This document shows, in pieces, positions 9,302 to 19,104 of a stretch of DNA of 64,000 nt; position 1 is the stretch's first letter; each line of letters starts with the position of its first letter. The DNA is from an uncultured Spirochaetota bacterium (GTDB taxonomy: Bacteria > Spirochaetota > Brevinematia > Brevinematales > JAOACQ01). The notes under the pieces were generated by a model. That model saw only the letters and a list, made by a program, of their open reading frames with translations, was not told the origin of the DNA and did no database searches. The stretch covers positions 480,001 to 544,000 of the forward strand of contig CAVYGN010000001.1 in the NCBI GenBank assembly GCA_963768055.1. The letters run 5' to 3'. Made by a program: the position numbers and the translations under genes.

Positions 9302-10645
9302 ATGGCTAAATTACTGGTGATATCCGCTAACCTGATGGATGATCCTTATCCTGTATATCCCCTCGGGGCTAACCTGGTCGCAAATTCCGTTAAGAAATCA
9401 GGCCATGAAGTTAAAATTCTGGACTTATTAGTGGACGGCGATAACTGCATGGATGGCGTTATATCGGAATTCAAACCCGACTATATCGCTTTAGCTATGC
9501 GAAATGTCGATAATGTTAATTTTAAAGAAACACATACATTTATACTCCAGTATAAATCGGTTATTTCCAGGATAAAAAACAGTACCGGCGTTCCAATAAT
9601 ATTGGGAGGGACCGCTTTTACTATTTTTCCGGATAAATTTATTGAATATCTGGGAGCCGATTACGGCATCACCGGACCCGGAGAGATCAGCCTTCCGAAG
9701 CTTATCGAGGACCTGGAGCATAAAAATCAGCCTGATAGCCGGGTTATCCGGGGCAAGACCGACTATTCGGGGGAAAACTGCTATTATCTTGGCCGGGAGA
9801 ACAGGCTGGCTGAATTCTACCTGAATCAGGGAGGGATGCTTAATATTAGTTCGAAAAGAGGCTGTCCCCATAAATGTTTATACTGTTCCTATCCTAACCT
9901 GGAGGGTAATAAATATATTTTTCGCCAGCCGGAAAGCGTTGTCGATGAAATCGATTATTTAATGGCCGAGCATGCGGCGGATTATATATTTTTTACAGAT
10001 TCGGTGTTCAACGACAAAGACAATCAGTATTTATTAATCATGGAAGAAATGGCCCGGCGCGGGATATCTATTTTATGGACTTGCTACATGAGGCCTGCAA
10101 AATTTCAAAATGAAGAAGTGGAACTAATGAAGAGGACCGGCCTGCATTCCGTAGAATGGGGGACTGACTGTTCAAGCGACCGCACTCTCGCCGGAATGAA
10201 GAAGAATTTTCGCTGGGATGAAGTACAATCGGCAAATAATCTTTTTGCAAAACATAATATTCCAGGCTCGCATTTTATTATTTTCGGCGGTCCGGGCGAA
10301 AATCAGGAAACCGTTCGCGAAGGGATAAAGAATTTATCGGAGCTTGATTTCTGCGTTGTTTTTGGAGGGACAGGGGTCCGGGTTTTTCCGGATACGGGCA
10401 TAAGCAAACTGGCGAAAAGCGAGGGGCTGATCGTTAGTGATAATGAATTGTTTGAAAAAGAGGTGTTTTATCATTCCCCTGAAATCGATATCGAATGGCT
10501 TAACAATTTTCTTTTAGAAGCTTTCTCCGGGAAGAGGCATTGGATTTATCCCTGGACGGATCAGGCGATCAGAAATCAATATATGCATAACTCGGGCATC
10601 AGAGGCCCTTTATGGGAAAACCTTCTGAAAAAGAAGACAAGATGA
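9302..10645 (+). CDS. B12-binding radical SAM enzyme, lipid-biosynthesis-associated (TIGR04072-like)
   Basis: N-terminal B12-binding domain (PYPVYPLG, RNVDN), KRGCPHKCLYC, FTDSVFN; embedded in a KS cluster. Confidence 0.85.
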   Translation: MAKLLVISANLMDDPYPVYPLGANLVANSVKKSGHEVKILDLLVDGDNCMDGVISEFKPDYIALAMRNVDNVNFKETHTFILQYKSVISRIKNSTGVPIILGGTAFTIFPDKFIEYLGADYGITGPGEISLPKLIEDLEHKNQPDSRVIRGKTDYSGENCYYLGRENRLAEFYLNQGGMLNISSKRGCPHKCLYCSYPNLEGNKYIFRQPESVVDEIDYLMAEHAADYIFFTDSVFNDKDNQYLLIMEEMARRGISILWTCYMRPAKFQNEEVELMKRTGLHSVEWGTDCSSDRTLAGMKKNFRWDEVQSANNLFAKHNIPGSHFIIFGGPGENQETVREGIKNLSELDFCVVFGGTGVRVFPDTGISKLAKSEGLIVSDNELFEKEVFYHSPEIDIEWLNNFLLEAFSGKRHWIYPWTDQAIRNQYMHNSGIRGPLWENLLKKKTR

Positions 10646-11553
10646 ACCCTGAAAAAAATGCAAAAAAAAACATAACAGGGAGTTACGGCAGCAAACTTGG
10701 TTATTCGATTTTCGAATTTATTTTAAAGTACCTGGGCCTGAACCTGGCTTACGGGATTCTTATTTTTCTGATTCCCTATTATGTGATCCTGAGGCCCGGC
10801 GTTTACATGCGGTCTAAGCCGTATCTCCTGCGGCGTTTTCCGCATGATTCGTTTTTAAGGCGGTATCTCCGCCTGTTCAAGTATATTTTTATCTTCGGGC
10901 AGACACTCATCGACCAGTTTTATTTCGGTATAGTCGGCGAGTCGAAAATAAGGCTGGATTTTGACCGTCAGGATGAACTGCTGGATATTATGGAAAAAAG
11001 GCCCATGATTTTTATCATGTCCCATCTCGGGTTCTGGGAAGTGTCCATGGCCGGATCTTCACGATTTAATAAGATAATGAATGTTATGGCCGACAAAGAT
11101 ATCGATAAGGACAAAAGGAAGAGCTATTACGATATCCATCATAAAAAGGGTTTATTCCGTTTTATTAATGTGACCGGGAATTACGGGGGTATGATAGAAG
11201 CTACAAACGCATTGCTGAGGGGAGAGGTCGTTGGAGTTATGGGCGACAGGGCCTTTCAATGGCGTTCAAAGAAGGTTAACTTTCTCGGTTCTCCGGCTAA
11301 ATTTCCCATTATCGCGGAGCAGCTGGCTATAGCCACGGGAGCTTCACTGATCGTGATCTTAACTTCAAAAAAAAGGAAAAATCATATCGTTTATAAATGG
11401 AAGGATATTTCGACTGATATATTATCAAATGAAAAACTTGATAAAGAAGAAAAAATACAAAGGATGCTGGAACTTTACGTTAAGGAATTGGAAAAACATG
11501 TCCATGACAATCCCTATCTATGGTTTAATTTCTTTGATTTTTGGGGGCAGTAA
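10642..11553 (+). CDS. lipid A lauroyltransferase (LpxL)-like acyltransferase
   Basis: SHLGFWE, ALLRGEVVGVMGDR, FLGSPAKFP, WFNFFDFW; start by ATGA coupling. Confidence 0.85.
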   Translation: MNPEKNAKKNITGSYGSKLGYSIFEFILKYLGLNLAYGILIFLIPYYVILRPGVYMRSKPYLLRRFPHDSFLRRYLRLFKYIFIFGQTLIDQFYFGIVGESKIRLDFDRQDELLDIMEKRPMIFIMSHLGFWEVSMAGSSRFNKIMNVMADKDIDKDKRKSYYDIHHKKGLFRFINVTGNYGGMIEATNALLRGEVVGVMGDRAFQWRSKKVNFLGSPAKFPIIAEQLAIATGASLIVILTSKKRKNHIVYKWKDISTDILSNEKLDKEEKIQRMLELYVKELEKHVHDNPYLWFNFFDFWGQ

Positions 11554-11604
11554 TCTTATTATATAAGGCATCATAAACTATAACTTATTACGGGAGAATT
11601 ATAA

Positions 11605-11859
11605 ATGAACACAGCTGATAAACTCAAAGAACTTCTATGCAAAGAATTAAATCTGAAAATGAAACCTGAGGACATAACTGACGATATGCCCTTATTCGGT
11701 GAAGGATTGGGTCTGGATTCTTTAGATGCCGTGGAAATTGTGGTGATCCTTAAAAAACACATGGGAGTGGTTATTACCGATACCGAACAGGCCCAGAAGG
11801 TTTTTGTTTCCATTAAGACTTTAACCGATTTTATCGACCAAGAATTAGGCAAAAAATAA
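11605..11859 (+). CDS. acyl carrier protein
   Basis: LFGEGLGLDSLDAVE, the ACP type seen in aryl-polyene-like clusters. Confidence 0.93.
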   Translation: MNTADKLKELLCKELNLKMKPEDITDDMPLFGEGLGLDSLDAVEIVVILKKHMGVVITDTEQAQKVFVSIKTLTDFIDQELGKK

Positions 11860-13035
11860 GTGCGGAACCGAAGCGTTGTTACCGGCATAGGGTGTATCGG
11901 CAGCTCCGGCAGGAATTTGCATGAATTTATGAAGCTCCTTTATTCCGGCAAACGAAACCCGAAACCCCCACGGCGGTTTTCTTATAAATTGGACAAACAA
12001 TATCCGATCTTTGAAGTATTGGATTTTGAAAACCAGCCGAATGGGATAAGTTATTATTTTGCTGAAACTGCAATTCATGAAGCGATTTCAGAAGCCGGAT
12101 TAGATGAAAAATCATTGCAAAAATACAGGGTCGGAGTGGTTTTAGGTTCGACCGCCGGATGTTTTTTATTTAAAGAGGGTTACTACAGGGATTTTCGCAA
12201 TCAAATAAATTTCGACAAATCGTTTTTAGCCGGGTTATTATTAAACGGGAGTATCGCCCATCAAATAAGCAGAAAATTCAACCTGAGCGGCCCTTCCATT
12301 ACATTGTCGAACGCCTGTTCATCCGGTACCGACGCCATAGGGCTCGCCTCTAAAATGATCGAAAGCGGTGTTTGCGATATTGCCCTGGCCGGCGGAGCCG
12401 ATGAAATAGTCAGAATGGTTTATCTCGGTTTTATTTCCCTGATGAATACATCCGACGAGCCCTGCACCCCGTTTTCAATAAAAAGAAAGGGGCTGAATCT
12501 TGGCGAGGGCGCAGGCATATGCGTTCTGGAAAGTCAAGCCGCGGCAAAAGAAAGAGGGGCAAAACCGCTGGGTTCCATCGAGGGTTATTCTACAGTATCG
12601 GATTCATATCATATTACCGCTCCTGAACCGTCCGGAAGGGGGCTCCGAAAGGCGTTTGAAAACGCGTTGGGCCAGGCCGGCGTCAAACCTGAAGATATAG
12701 CTTTTATAAATACTCATGGGACCGGAACGGTAGATAACGACAGGGTCGAAGGGCAGGTAATTTCAGATATTTTCGGCCCGGATATTCCTATTACAGCTAC
12801 AAAGGCTTATACAGGGCACGCCTTGGGGGCGGCCGGAGCCCTTGAAACCGTTTTTTCAATAAGGTCCCTTATAGATAAAAAAATACCGGGAGCTCCTGAT
12901 TATAACGATTTTGATCCGGACTGCAGGGTAAAACCCCATACGGATAATAAAGAAATTTCCGGTAATTACGCATGCTCCTCTTCTCTGGCTTTCGGGGGGG
13001 TGAACTCGGTGATTGTTATTAAGGGTAATGTATGA
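11860..13035 (+). CDS. beta-ketoacyl-ACP synthase
   Basis: SNACSSG, GLNLGEGAG, NTHGTGT, GHALGAAG, AFGGVN. Confidence 0.93.
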   Translation: MRNRSVVTGIGCIGSSGRNLHEFMKLLYSGKRNPKPPRRFSYKLDKQYPIFEVLDFENQPNGISYYFAETAIHEAISEAGLDEKSLQKYRVGVVLGSTAGCFLFKEGYYRDFRNQINFDKSFLAGLLLNGSIAHQISRKFNLSGPSITLSNACSSGTDAIGLASKMIESGVCDIALAGGADEIVRMVYLGFISLMNTSDEPCTPFSIKRKGLNLGEGAGICVLESQAAAKERGAKPLGSIEGYSTVSDSYHITAPEPSGRGLRKAFENALGQAGVKPEDIAFINTHGTGTVDNDRVEGQVISDIFGPDIPITATKAYTGHALGAAGALETVFSIRSLIDKKIPGAPDYNDFDPDCRVKPHTDNKEISGNYACSSSLAFGGVNSVIVIKGNV

Positions 13036-14003
13036 ATATTTCCATAGCGGGATTGGGAATTGTCTCAAAAATAGGCGGGACCCGGGAAATAGAGCAATAT
13101 CTCGCTCTTGAAGAAATCAATACTGTTTTATTACATAACGGCAGGCTTTTACCTGTCGTTTTTCCCGACGATTACGGAGTACCCGAGAAACTGACAAGGA
13201 GAATGAGCCATTTTGCCAAACTTGCACTGCTTTCCGCTTATCATGCTATAAGAGATTCAGGGCTTAATGTCGCAGGAAAGTCAATCGGCATTATTCAGGG
13301 TTCGGTTTACGGGCCTGTTATTTCAGGAATAAAGGCTTTTGACGATTTGATAGATTTCGGCGATAACCAGCTTTCCCCGGTTAATTTTTCAGGATCGGTA
13401 TTCAATACCTCGACATCCTATATTTCTCTCGCGTTAGGCATCCGCGGCTGCACTTTATCGCATACCGGAGGCCAGGATACCCTTTATAATTCCCTTCTTA
13501 CCGCCGGACTGTGGCTTGAAGGCGGAGCTGCGGATTATGTTATTATGGGAATCGGGGACGAGTACTTATCCTTTATTGAGAATCCCGATCCCTGCGGTGA
13601 TAAACCGGGACTTCTGCCTACATCGGAGGGCTGGACGACATTTATCTTAAGCAAGAATGAAAAGGATAAGTACGGTAAAATCGAATACGGTTTATTGAGA
13701 GAGTTGCCCCCGGGAACTGAAAATCAAAAGAATATCTTTTCAGTCTGGAATGATCAAATAAAAACGGATGTTATTCCGTATGATAACAGGTTTTGTTTTC
13801 TTAATTTTTTACGGGGTTCATACCCTAGCGCTTCAGCGTTCGATTTAGCTCTCGCCTTAATCTGCAGTAAAAACAAAAGATTCCCTGTTAATAATTCTTC
13901 AAATTATAATATCATATCATTAGATAAAAATGAGAAGATAAGCTGTTATAATCCGGCTGAAACCGGCGGAATATTTTATTATGACGTTTATTCGGGATGT
14001 TAA
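13032..14003 (+). CDS. ketosynthase chain-length-factor-like protein
   Basis: RRMSHFAK, SPVNFSGSVFN; no catalytic Cys/His motifs; coupled to the upstream KS. Confidence 0.78.
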   Translation: MNISIAGLGIVSKIGGTREIEQYLALEEINTVLLHNGRLLPVVFPDDYGVPEKLTRRMSHFAKLALLSAYHAIRDSGLNVAGKSIGIIQGSVYGPVISGIKAFDDLIDFGDNQLSPVNFSGSVFNTSTSYISLALGIRGCTLSHTGGQDTLYNSLLTAGLWLEGGAADYVIMGIGDEYLSFIENPDPCGDKPGLLPTSEGWTTFILSKNEKDKYGKIEYGLLRELPPGTENQKNIFSVWNDQIKTDVIPYDNRFCFLNFLRGSYPSASAFDLALALICSKNKRFPVNNSSNYNIISLDKNEKISCYNPAETGGIFYYDVYSGC

Positions 14004-15760
14004 AAGCGCGGGCATATCCTGCAGGCATCTGGCGGGTTTCCGCTCAGCATAAGAGCCCGGTATTTTTTCATAATATTACCGTTCCAGATCCCGGTGAAAG
14101 GATCCCTGAATAAATTGCCGATTACCGGATCCGGCTGGCAGTCACATATGGTAATATTGCCGTCGACATCGACCGGAATTGTCTGCCAGGGCGAAAGGCA
14201 CCATGTATGCTCAACAGAACGCCGGTACAATTGCCCCGGAGGAATAAGTAAAAATTCCTGGTATCTCTTTTCAAGGCCGAATTCTTCAAGGCCGTGGACA
14301 GATAAAACGGGAAATTTCTTTGAAAAAGCGCGGGAGACAGCGCTCCTGACAGTCATTTCAATATTATCATCGATATTTTTCCAGACAGAATGATCGAGAT
14401 TCGACTTAAAGTTAATGTCCGATAGCATTATCACATCCATTCCAAGCCCGGAAACCAGATCGATAAGATTTTTCAGAAAAGGGACATTCTTTACCGATAC
14501 TGCGGAAAAAACGGATTTGGAAATATTTTTAATGGATTTTGAAATATTAACGAATTCCTTTATATTATTGATCACCCGGTTGAAATCAGTACCCTTCCTT
14601 ACTAAAGATGCCGAACGCCTGTCGAACCAATCGATGCTGAATGTTATCGAATCAAGTCCTGCATCTAAAAGTTTACGGGAAATTTCAGTATCTAAAAGCA
14701 TCGCATTGGTTACGACCGCCGTTTTCTTTTTTAATGACTTGGCGTACCGGATGAAATCGGCAATTTGAGGATGCATCAGCGGTTCGCCGAGGCCGACAAG
14801 TGTTATCCGGTAGATATCCGGCATTAATGCAAGGATATTGCGAAAAAAACCGAAAGGCATATGCTTGTTCTTTCTTTTGAATTGCGAACGCGCGCAGTAT
14901 TTACATTTTAGATTGCAATAAGTCGTAATTTCTATATTCGCGATGACAGGATCGTTTATTACGGCAGGCGACAGTTCAGGCTTTTCACCTATCGCCCTCC
15001 CCGCTCCGGGGCATAATGCCAGATGACTTTCACCGGAAGGGGTTTCAGTAACAAAATCTTTAATTTCAGGTTCTATTTCAATCAAAGAATTAACAATTCG
15101 TTTGTCTTTATTGCTTTTATTTAAAATATCGGTAATAGCCCTTGTAATAATATCTGCAAGTAAAATACCTCTTTTACTGCAAATATCGTCATGGCCGGCA
15201 TCGGGAATAATAACAATACGGGCGGATTTTGTGAAATTTTCTTTTTTCCATGAGCAGGAATCTTTGACCGGAACAAGTTTGTCATTATCGCCATGAATAA
15301 TTAATACCGGAAATCCCGCGCTGAATTTAATCAATCCCGTTGAATTGATAAATTTTATCATCATTGCTATATCGATAAACGGGACTTCATGCTTACCGGA
15401 CCTGTGAGAATTCCATCTTGATAAATATCCGGAATCGATTTTTTTGGGGACTGATATTAGAATAAGAAGGTCGGGAATAATTGAAAATTTGTATAGTGCC
15501 CGGATCGCAAAATTTCCCCCGGTCGAGTGCCCTATAATAATAATTTTACGGTTTTCAATTTTGAATATATTTATTGAATTAGTAATAGTTTCAACAAATA
15601 AATCATCATTAAAGACCGGTATATCGGGTCCATGACCCGGAAGGGAAATGTTTTTTACAGAATCGTTGCCAAAATTCAAAGAAAGTTCGGAGGCCAGGGG
15701 TTTTAAATCCTGGTCAGAACCGGTATAGCCATGAATTAGAATAATGCCTATAGACTTCAA
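14000..15760 (-). CDS. alpha/beta-hydrolase (esterase) fused to a radical SAM/SPASM-twitch domain
   Basis: LIHGYTGS, GHSTGG, HGDNDKLV, DAGH (N-terminal ~210 aa); CNLKCKYC, GLGEP, CLSPW...ICDC...CRICPRF. Confidence 0.88.
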   Translation of the reverse strand: MKSIGIILIHGYTGSDQDLKPLASELSLNFGNDSVKNISLPGHGPDIPVFNDDLFVETITNSINIFKIENRKIIIIGHSTGGNFAIRALYKFSIIPDLLILISVPKKIDSGYLSRWNSHRSGKHEVPFIDIAMMIKFINSTGLIKFSAGFPVLIIHGDNDKLVPVKDSCSWKKENFTKSARIVIIPDAGHDDICSKRGILLADIITRAITDILNKSNKDKRIVNSLIEIEPEIKDFVTETPSGESHLALCPGAGRAIGEKPELSPAVINDPVIANIEITTYCNLKCKYCARSQFKRKNKHMPFGFFRNILALMPDIYRITLVGLGEPLMHPQIADFIRYAKSLKKKTAVVTNAMLLDTEISRKLLDAGLDSITFSIDWFDRRSASLVRKGTDFNRVINNIKEFVNISKSIKNISKSVFSAVSVKNVPFLKNLIDLVSGLGMDVIMLSDINFKSNLDHSVWKNIDDNIEMTVRSAVSRAFSKKFPVLSVHGLEEFGLEKRYQEFLLIPPGQLYRRSVEHTWCLSPWQTIPVDVDGNITICDCQPDPVIGNLFRDPFTGIWNGNIMKKYRALMLSGNPPDACRICPRF

Positions 15761-15762
15761 TA

Positions 15763-16971
15763 TTAAACCTCGAGATACCTTGCTAAAGAGTTTGCTCCGT
15801 CATAACGGGAGATCGCTCCCTTTATCGCAGTTAAATTATCCCTTGTTTTACTGTTATTGACAAGGCTGTCGATTTTAAATTTAATTTCATCGTCCGTCAT
15901 TCTATTAAAAACATTCGTATAATCCTCCGGGATCCCGGTAAATTGAGTTGAGGGAATAAGCCGTTTTCCGCAGCCTATCCTTTCAAGACAAACTCCGTTA
16001 TGCGATTGTTCAGGTTGTAAAGGCATGACAATAACAGGGATTTCGTTTTTAAGCGCTTCGAATATGGTCATCTGGCCGCCATGCGTTACCAGCAGGGACG
16101 CATAGGGAAATATTTTAATAAGCGGGGCAAAATTTAAAACTATTACGCGTGAATCAGAATGCCTGATATCAAGCATTTCTTTTTGCCCTCCGGCCGCAAC
16201 TATGACTTTATAACCCAATTCGAATAAAATATCCACTATTTTTTGTACAATTAATTTATCCGAAATACAGGTTCCGAACGACACTATGGCAATAGGATAT
16301 TTTGAATCGATTATATCTTCTAAATTGAAGGGATCGTAAGGCCAATGATTTAATGAAAAAGGCCCGACATGGATGATATTCGAATTTTTATTTATAGGCA
16401 TAAATTCCGGGAAATCCCATAAAAATGTGCGTTCGCCTTTTAAGGCATACCTGATATCCTCTATTTTCCTTAAACCGAATTTCGAGAGAGCCAGACTTGT
16501 TTTATTTCCCGCGAAGCGGAAAAAATTATCAAGGAATTTTTCCTGCAAACCGATCCCTTCGTCATTATGATCAAAACCCAGGACATCATTTGAATCGGGG
16601 ATAATACAGCCGCATATAAGAGAGTCATACGGAACATTTGTTATTTGAGATGAAGCAAAAACCGTAAAACGAAAAACACCGAGAACTCTATCCGGTTTAA
16701 TTTTGTTTAATAAAGCGACTTCTTCATCAATACAATTTGTTATAGTTTCAATATTTGTAAACCATTTGAAAGAAGGGAAGCCCCCGTTATCCGTTTCCTG
16801 AATATCTGATAATACATGGTATTTTATTCCCAATCTATTTAGAAAATCGGAATGCTTTATCCCTATTGCTATATGAACTTCATGCCTGTTATTTATAAGG
16901 ATTTCTCTTATAGATAGGCATTTTGATATATGTGATAAAGAATTATTCTCGGGCATTAGAAGAAATTTCAT
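15763..16971 (-). CDS. GT-B glycosyltransferase (GT1/MGT-like)
   Basis: SLSHISK, VSFGT, LVTHGGQMTIFEAL, PLQPEQ motifs. Confidence 0.82.
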   Translation of the reverse strand: MKFLLMPENNSLSHISKCLSIREILINNRHEVHIAIGIKHSDFLNRLGIKYHVLSDIQETDNGGFPSFKWFTNIETITNCIDEEVALLNKIKPDRVLGVFRFTVFASSQITNVPYDSLICGCIIPDSNDVLGFDHNDEGIGLQEKFLDNFFRFAGNKTSLALSKFGLRKIEDIRYALKGERTFLWDFPEFMPINKNSNIIHVGPFSLNHWPYDPFNLEDIIDSKYPIAIVSFGTCISDKLIVQKIVDILFELGYKVIVAAGGQKEMLDIRHSDSRVIVLNFAPLIKIFPYASLLVTHGGQMTIFEALKNEIPVIVMPLQPEQSHNGVCLERIGCGKRLIPSTQFTGIPEDYTNVFNRMTDDEIKFKIDSLVNNSKTRDNLTAIKGAISRYDGANSLARYLEV

Positions 16972-17184
16972 TTTAAGCTTTGAACATCCTCATCAATTTC
17001 AAAATAATACAGGTAAATAATTATTGATTGCCCTTTTCATTCCCGGAATGACTGGTTTTAATCAGTCATAACAGATACTAAAATAATTTGATTGGAAGGA
17101 AAATTAATGCTTTAATTTAAAAAATTATATCAGCCGGCCGGAAATATAGCAAGCAAATTGTAAGTTTATAATCGCCGGCTTTCC

Positions 17185-17213
17185 TTGATTTGATAATAAG
17201 TTCACAGTATAAT
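17185..17213 (+). promoter_or_regulatory. putative sigma70-type promoter
   Basis: TTGATT (17185)-17 nt-TATAAT (17208) upstream of the ATG at 17236. Confidence 0.5.
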
Positions 17214-17235
17214 TTTAATAAAAGGCTGACTCTGA

Positions 17236-18018
17236 ATGGTAAAAAACAATAAAGATTACAAATTAAACTTCTGTGTTATCATACCTACATATAATAATGA
17301 AAAGACCCTGGAAAAAGTTATTCTATCGACACTGGAATACTGCACGGATATAATCGTGGTAAACGATGGAAGTACCGATAAAACGGGGATCATCCTGAAT
17401 AACCTTCAAAATAAAATCGATATAGTTTCTTTGCCAAAAAATCGTGGGAAAGGGGCTGCTTTAAGAAAGGGATTGAAAAGGGCGGAAGAATCGGGATTCG
17501 AATTCGCCATCACTCTTGATGCGGACGGACAGCATTATCCCTCGGACATTCCGAAATTTCTGGAGAAAGCGGCTCCCGGACTGGATATCCTGGTCATCGG
17601 AAACCGCGATATGACCGGCCGGGAAATACCAAAAAAAAGTATTTTCGGAAGAAAATTTTCAAACTTCTGGGTACGTCTGGAAACTAACAGGGATATTCAA
17701 GACTCTCAATCAGGATACAGATTATACACGGTTTCAAAAATTAATAAATTCCATTTTTTTACAGTTAAATATGATTTTGAACTTGAATCGCTGGTCAGAT
17801 GGCTATGGCGCGATTACACTGTGGAAATTGTTTCAATCGGGGTCTATTACGCCCCTGCTGAAGAGAGAATAAGTCATTTTAAAGGTTTTAAAGATAATCT
17901 CTACATAAGCTTGCTGAATACGGTGCTGGTAACGATAACATTCGCGTATATTATCCCGGGAAGATTCTTTAGAATAATTTGCCGCAGGATAAAAAAGTTA
18001 TTATTATTTGAGAGTTAA
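17236..18018 (+). CDS. GT2 glycosyltransferase (DPM1-like)
   Basis: IIPTYNN, VNDGSTD, TLDADGQH, DSQSGYRLY, SHF. Confidence 0.9.
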   Translation: MVKNNKDYKLNFCVIIPTYNNEKTLEKVILSTLEYCTDIIVVNDGSTDKTGIILNNLQNKIDIVSLPKNRGKGAALRKGLKRAEESGFEFAITLDADGQHYPSDIPKFLEKAAPGLDILVIGNRDMTGREIPKKSIFGRKFSNFWVRLETNRDIQDSQSGYRLYTVSKINKFHFFTVKYDFELESLVRWLWRDYTVEIVSIGVYYAPAEERISHFKGFKDNLYISLLNTVLVTITFAYIIPGRFFRIICRRIKKLLLFES

Positions 18019-18051
18019 GTTTTTGTTATTAAAAACAGGAGGATTCTTATT

Positions 18052-18498
18052 ATGAGTATTTCAGGGAAATATGGAATGATTTTCCGGGCCATGATACTCA
18101 GTTCATGTTTTTTGGTTTTTGTATTATCAAGCTGCTCCGCCGGGCCTGTGAAGCTTACAAAGGCTGAACTTACTACTCTCAAACCTTCAGGCGTGATCAC
18201 CAACGGGGTGCGTGTTATCGATGTAACGGCTAAACAATATGAATATAATCCCGACCCGATCGTGGTAATAAGCGGGGAGCAGGTACAGTTGAATGTTTCA
18301 ACGCTGGATGTATCGCATGGGTTCAGCATTCCGGAATTTAAAATCAACAGCTCTTTGCTGCCCGGGAAGCCAGAGACAATTACCTTCAAGCCCGATGCGG
18401 AAGGCAAATACGCTATCCACTGCACGATATTCTGCGGGATGGGCCACTTCGTTATGGGGGGGCACCTCGTTGTGCTGCCTGCTGAAAAAACGAATTAA
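18052..18498 (+). CDS. CuA-type cupredoxin lipoprotein (resembles the COX II soluble domain)
   Basis: Hydrophobic signal with LSSC lipobox; DVSHGF and HCTIFCGMGHFVM copper ligands. Confidence 0.8.
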   Translation: MSISGKYGMIFRAMILSSCFLVFVLSSCSAGPVKLTKAELTTLKPSGVITNGVRVIDVTAKQYEYNPDPIVVISGEQVQLNVSTLDVSHGFSIPEFKINSSLLPGKPETITFKPDAEGKYAIHCTIFCGMGHFVMGGHLVVLPAEKTN

Positions 18499-18534
18499 GG
18501 GCGGGCTGTCCGCTGTTTTTGAAGAGAAATATCT

Positions 18535-19104
18535 GTGCGACCTCCGGAGGATAAACAAATGCCGTTTACCGGAAAATTGATCGAATTGATCAACAGGGTC
18601 GCCACAGGCAATATAAAATATAAATTAATTTTTGCTCCGATTGTCGGATTGTTATATTTCAGTTCCATCGTTTTTTTTATATTTTTATCTGTTGAAATCG
18701 ATACTATTTTAAATCTGCCGAAAATATTCAACCGGCAGTTCAATTACTATATCGGCATACCGGTAATTGCAGCGGGTTTTTTCCTTATGGCTTATTGTAT
18801 GTTTCTTTTTATAAAAGTAAGGGGTACGCCTGTGCCCTTAAGCCCGCCTCCCAAGCTTGTTTTTTCAGGCCCGTATAAATATGTGCGCAATCCCATGCAG
18901 ACAGGGATATTTATTCTATTATTCGGCATAGCCGTATTACTAAAATCAATATCGCTGTTTTTTATTTTTACGCCTCTTTTTATTATTATTAATCTCTGGG
19001 AATTAAAAACGGTAGAAGAACCCGAATTAATAAAACGCCTGGGCAACGGCTATATCGAGTATAAAAAAAGAGTACCGATGTTTTTCCCCCGGCTAAAGAA
19101 ATGA
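18535..19104 (+). CDS. isoprenylcysteine carboxyl methyltransferase/PEMT family membrane protein
   Basis: GTPVP, LVFSGPYKYVRNPM, EEPEL..RLG..Y..Y...VP. Confidence 0.85.
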   Translation: MRPPEDKQMPFTGKLIELINRVATGNIKYKLIFAPIVGLLYFSSIVFFIFLSVEIDTILNLPKIFNRQFNYYIGIPVIAAGFFLMAYCMFLFIKVRGTPVPLSPPPKLVFSGPYKYVRNPMQTGIFILLFGIAVLLKSISLFFIFTPLFIIINLWELKTVEEPELIKRLGNGYIEYKKRVPMFFPRLKK

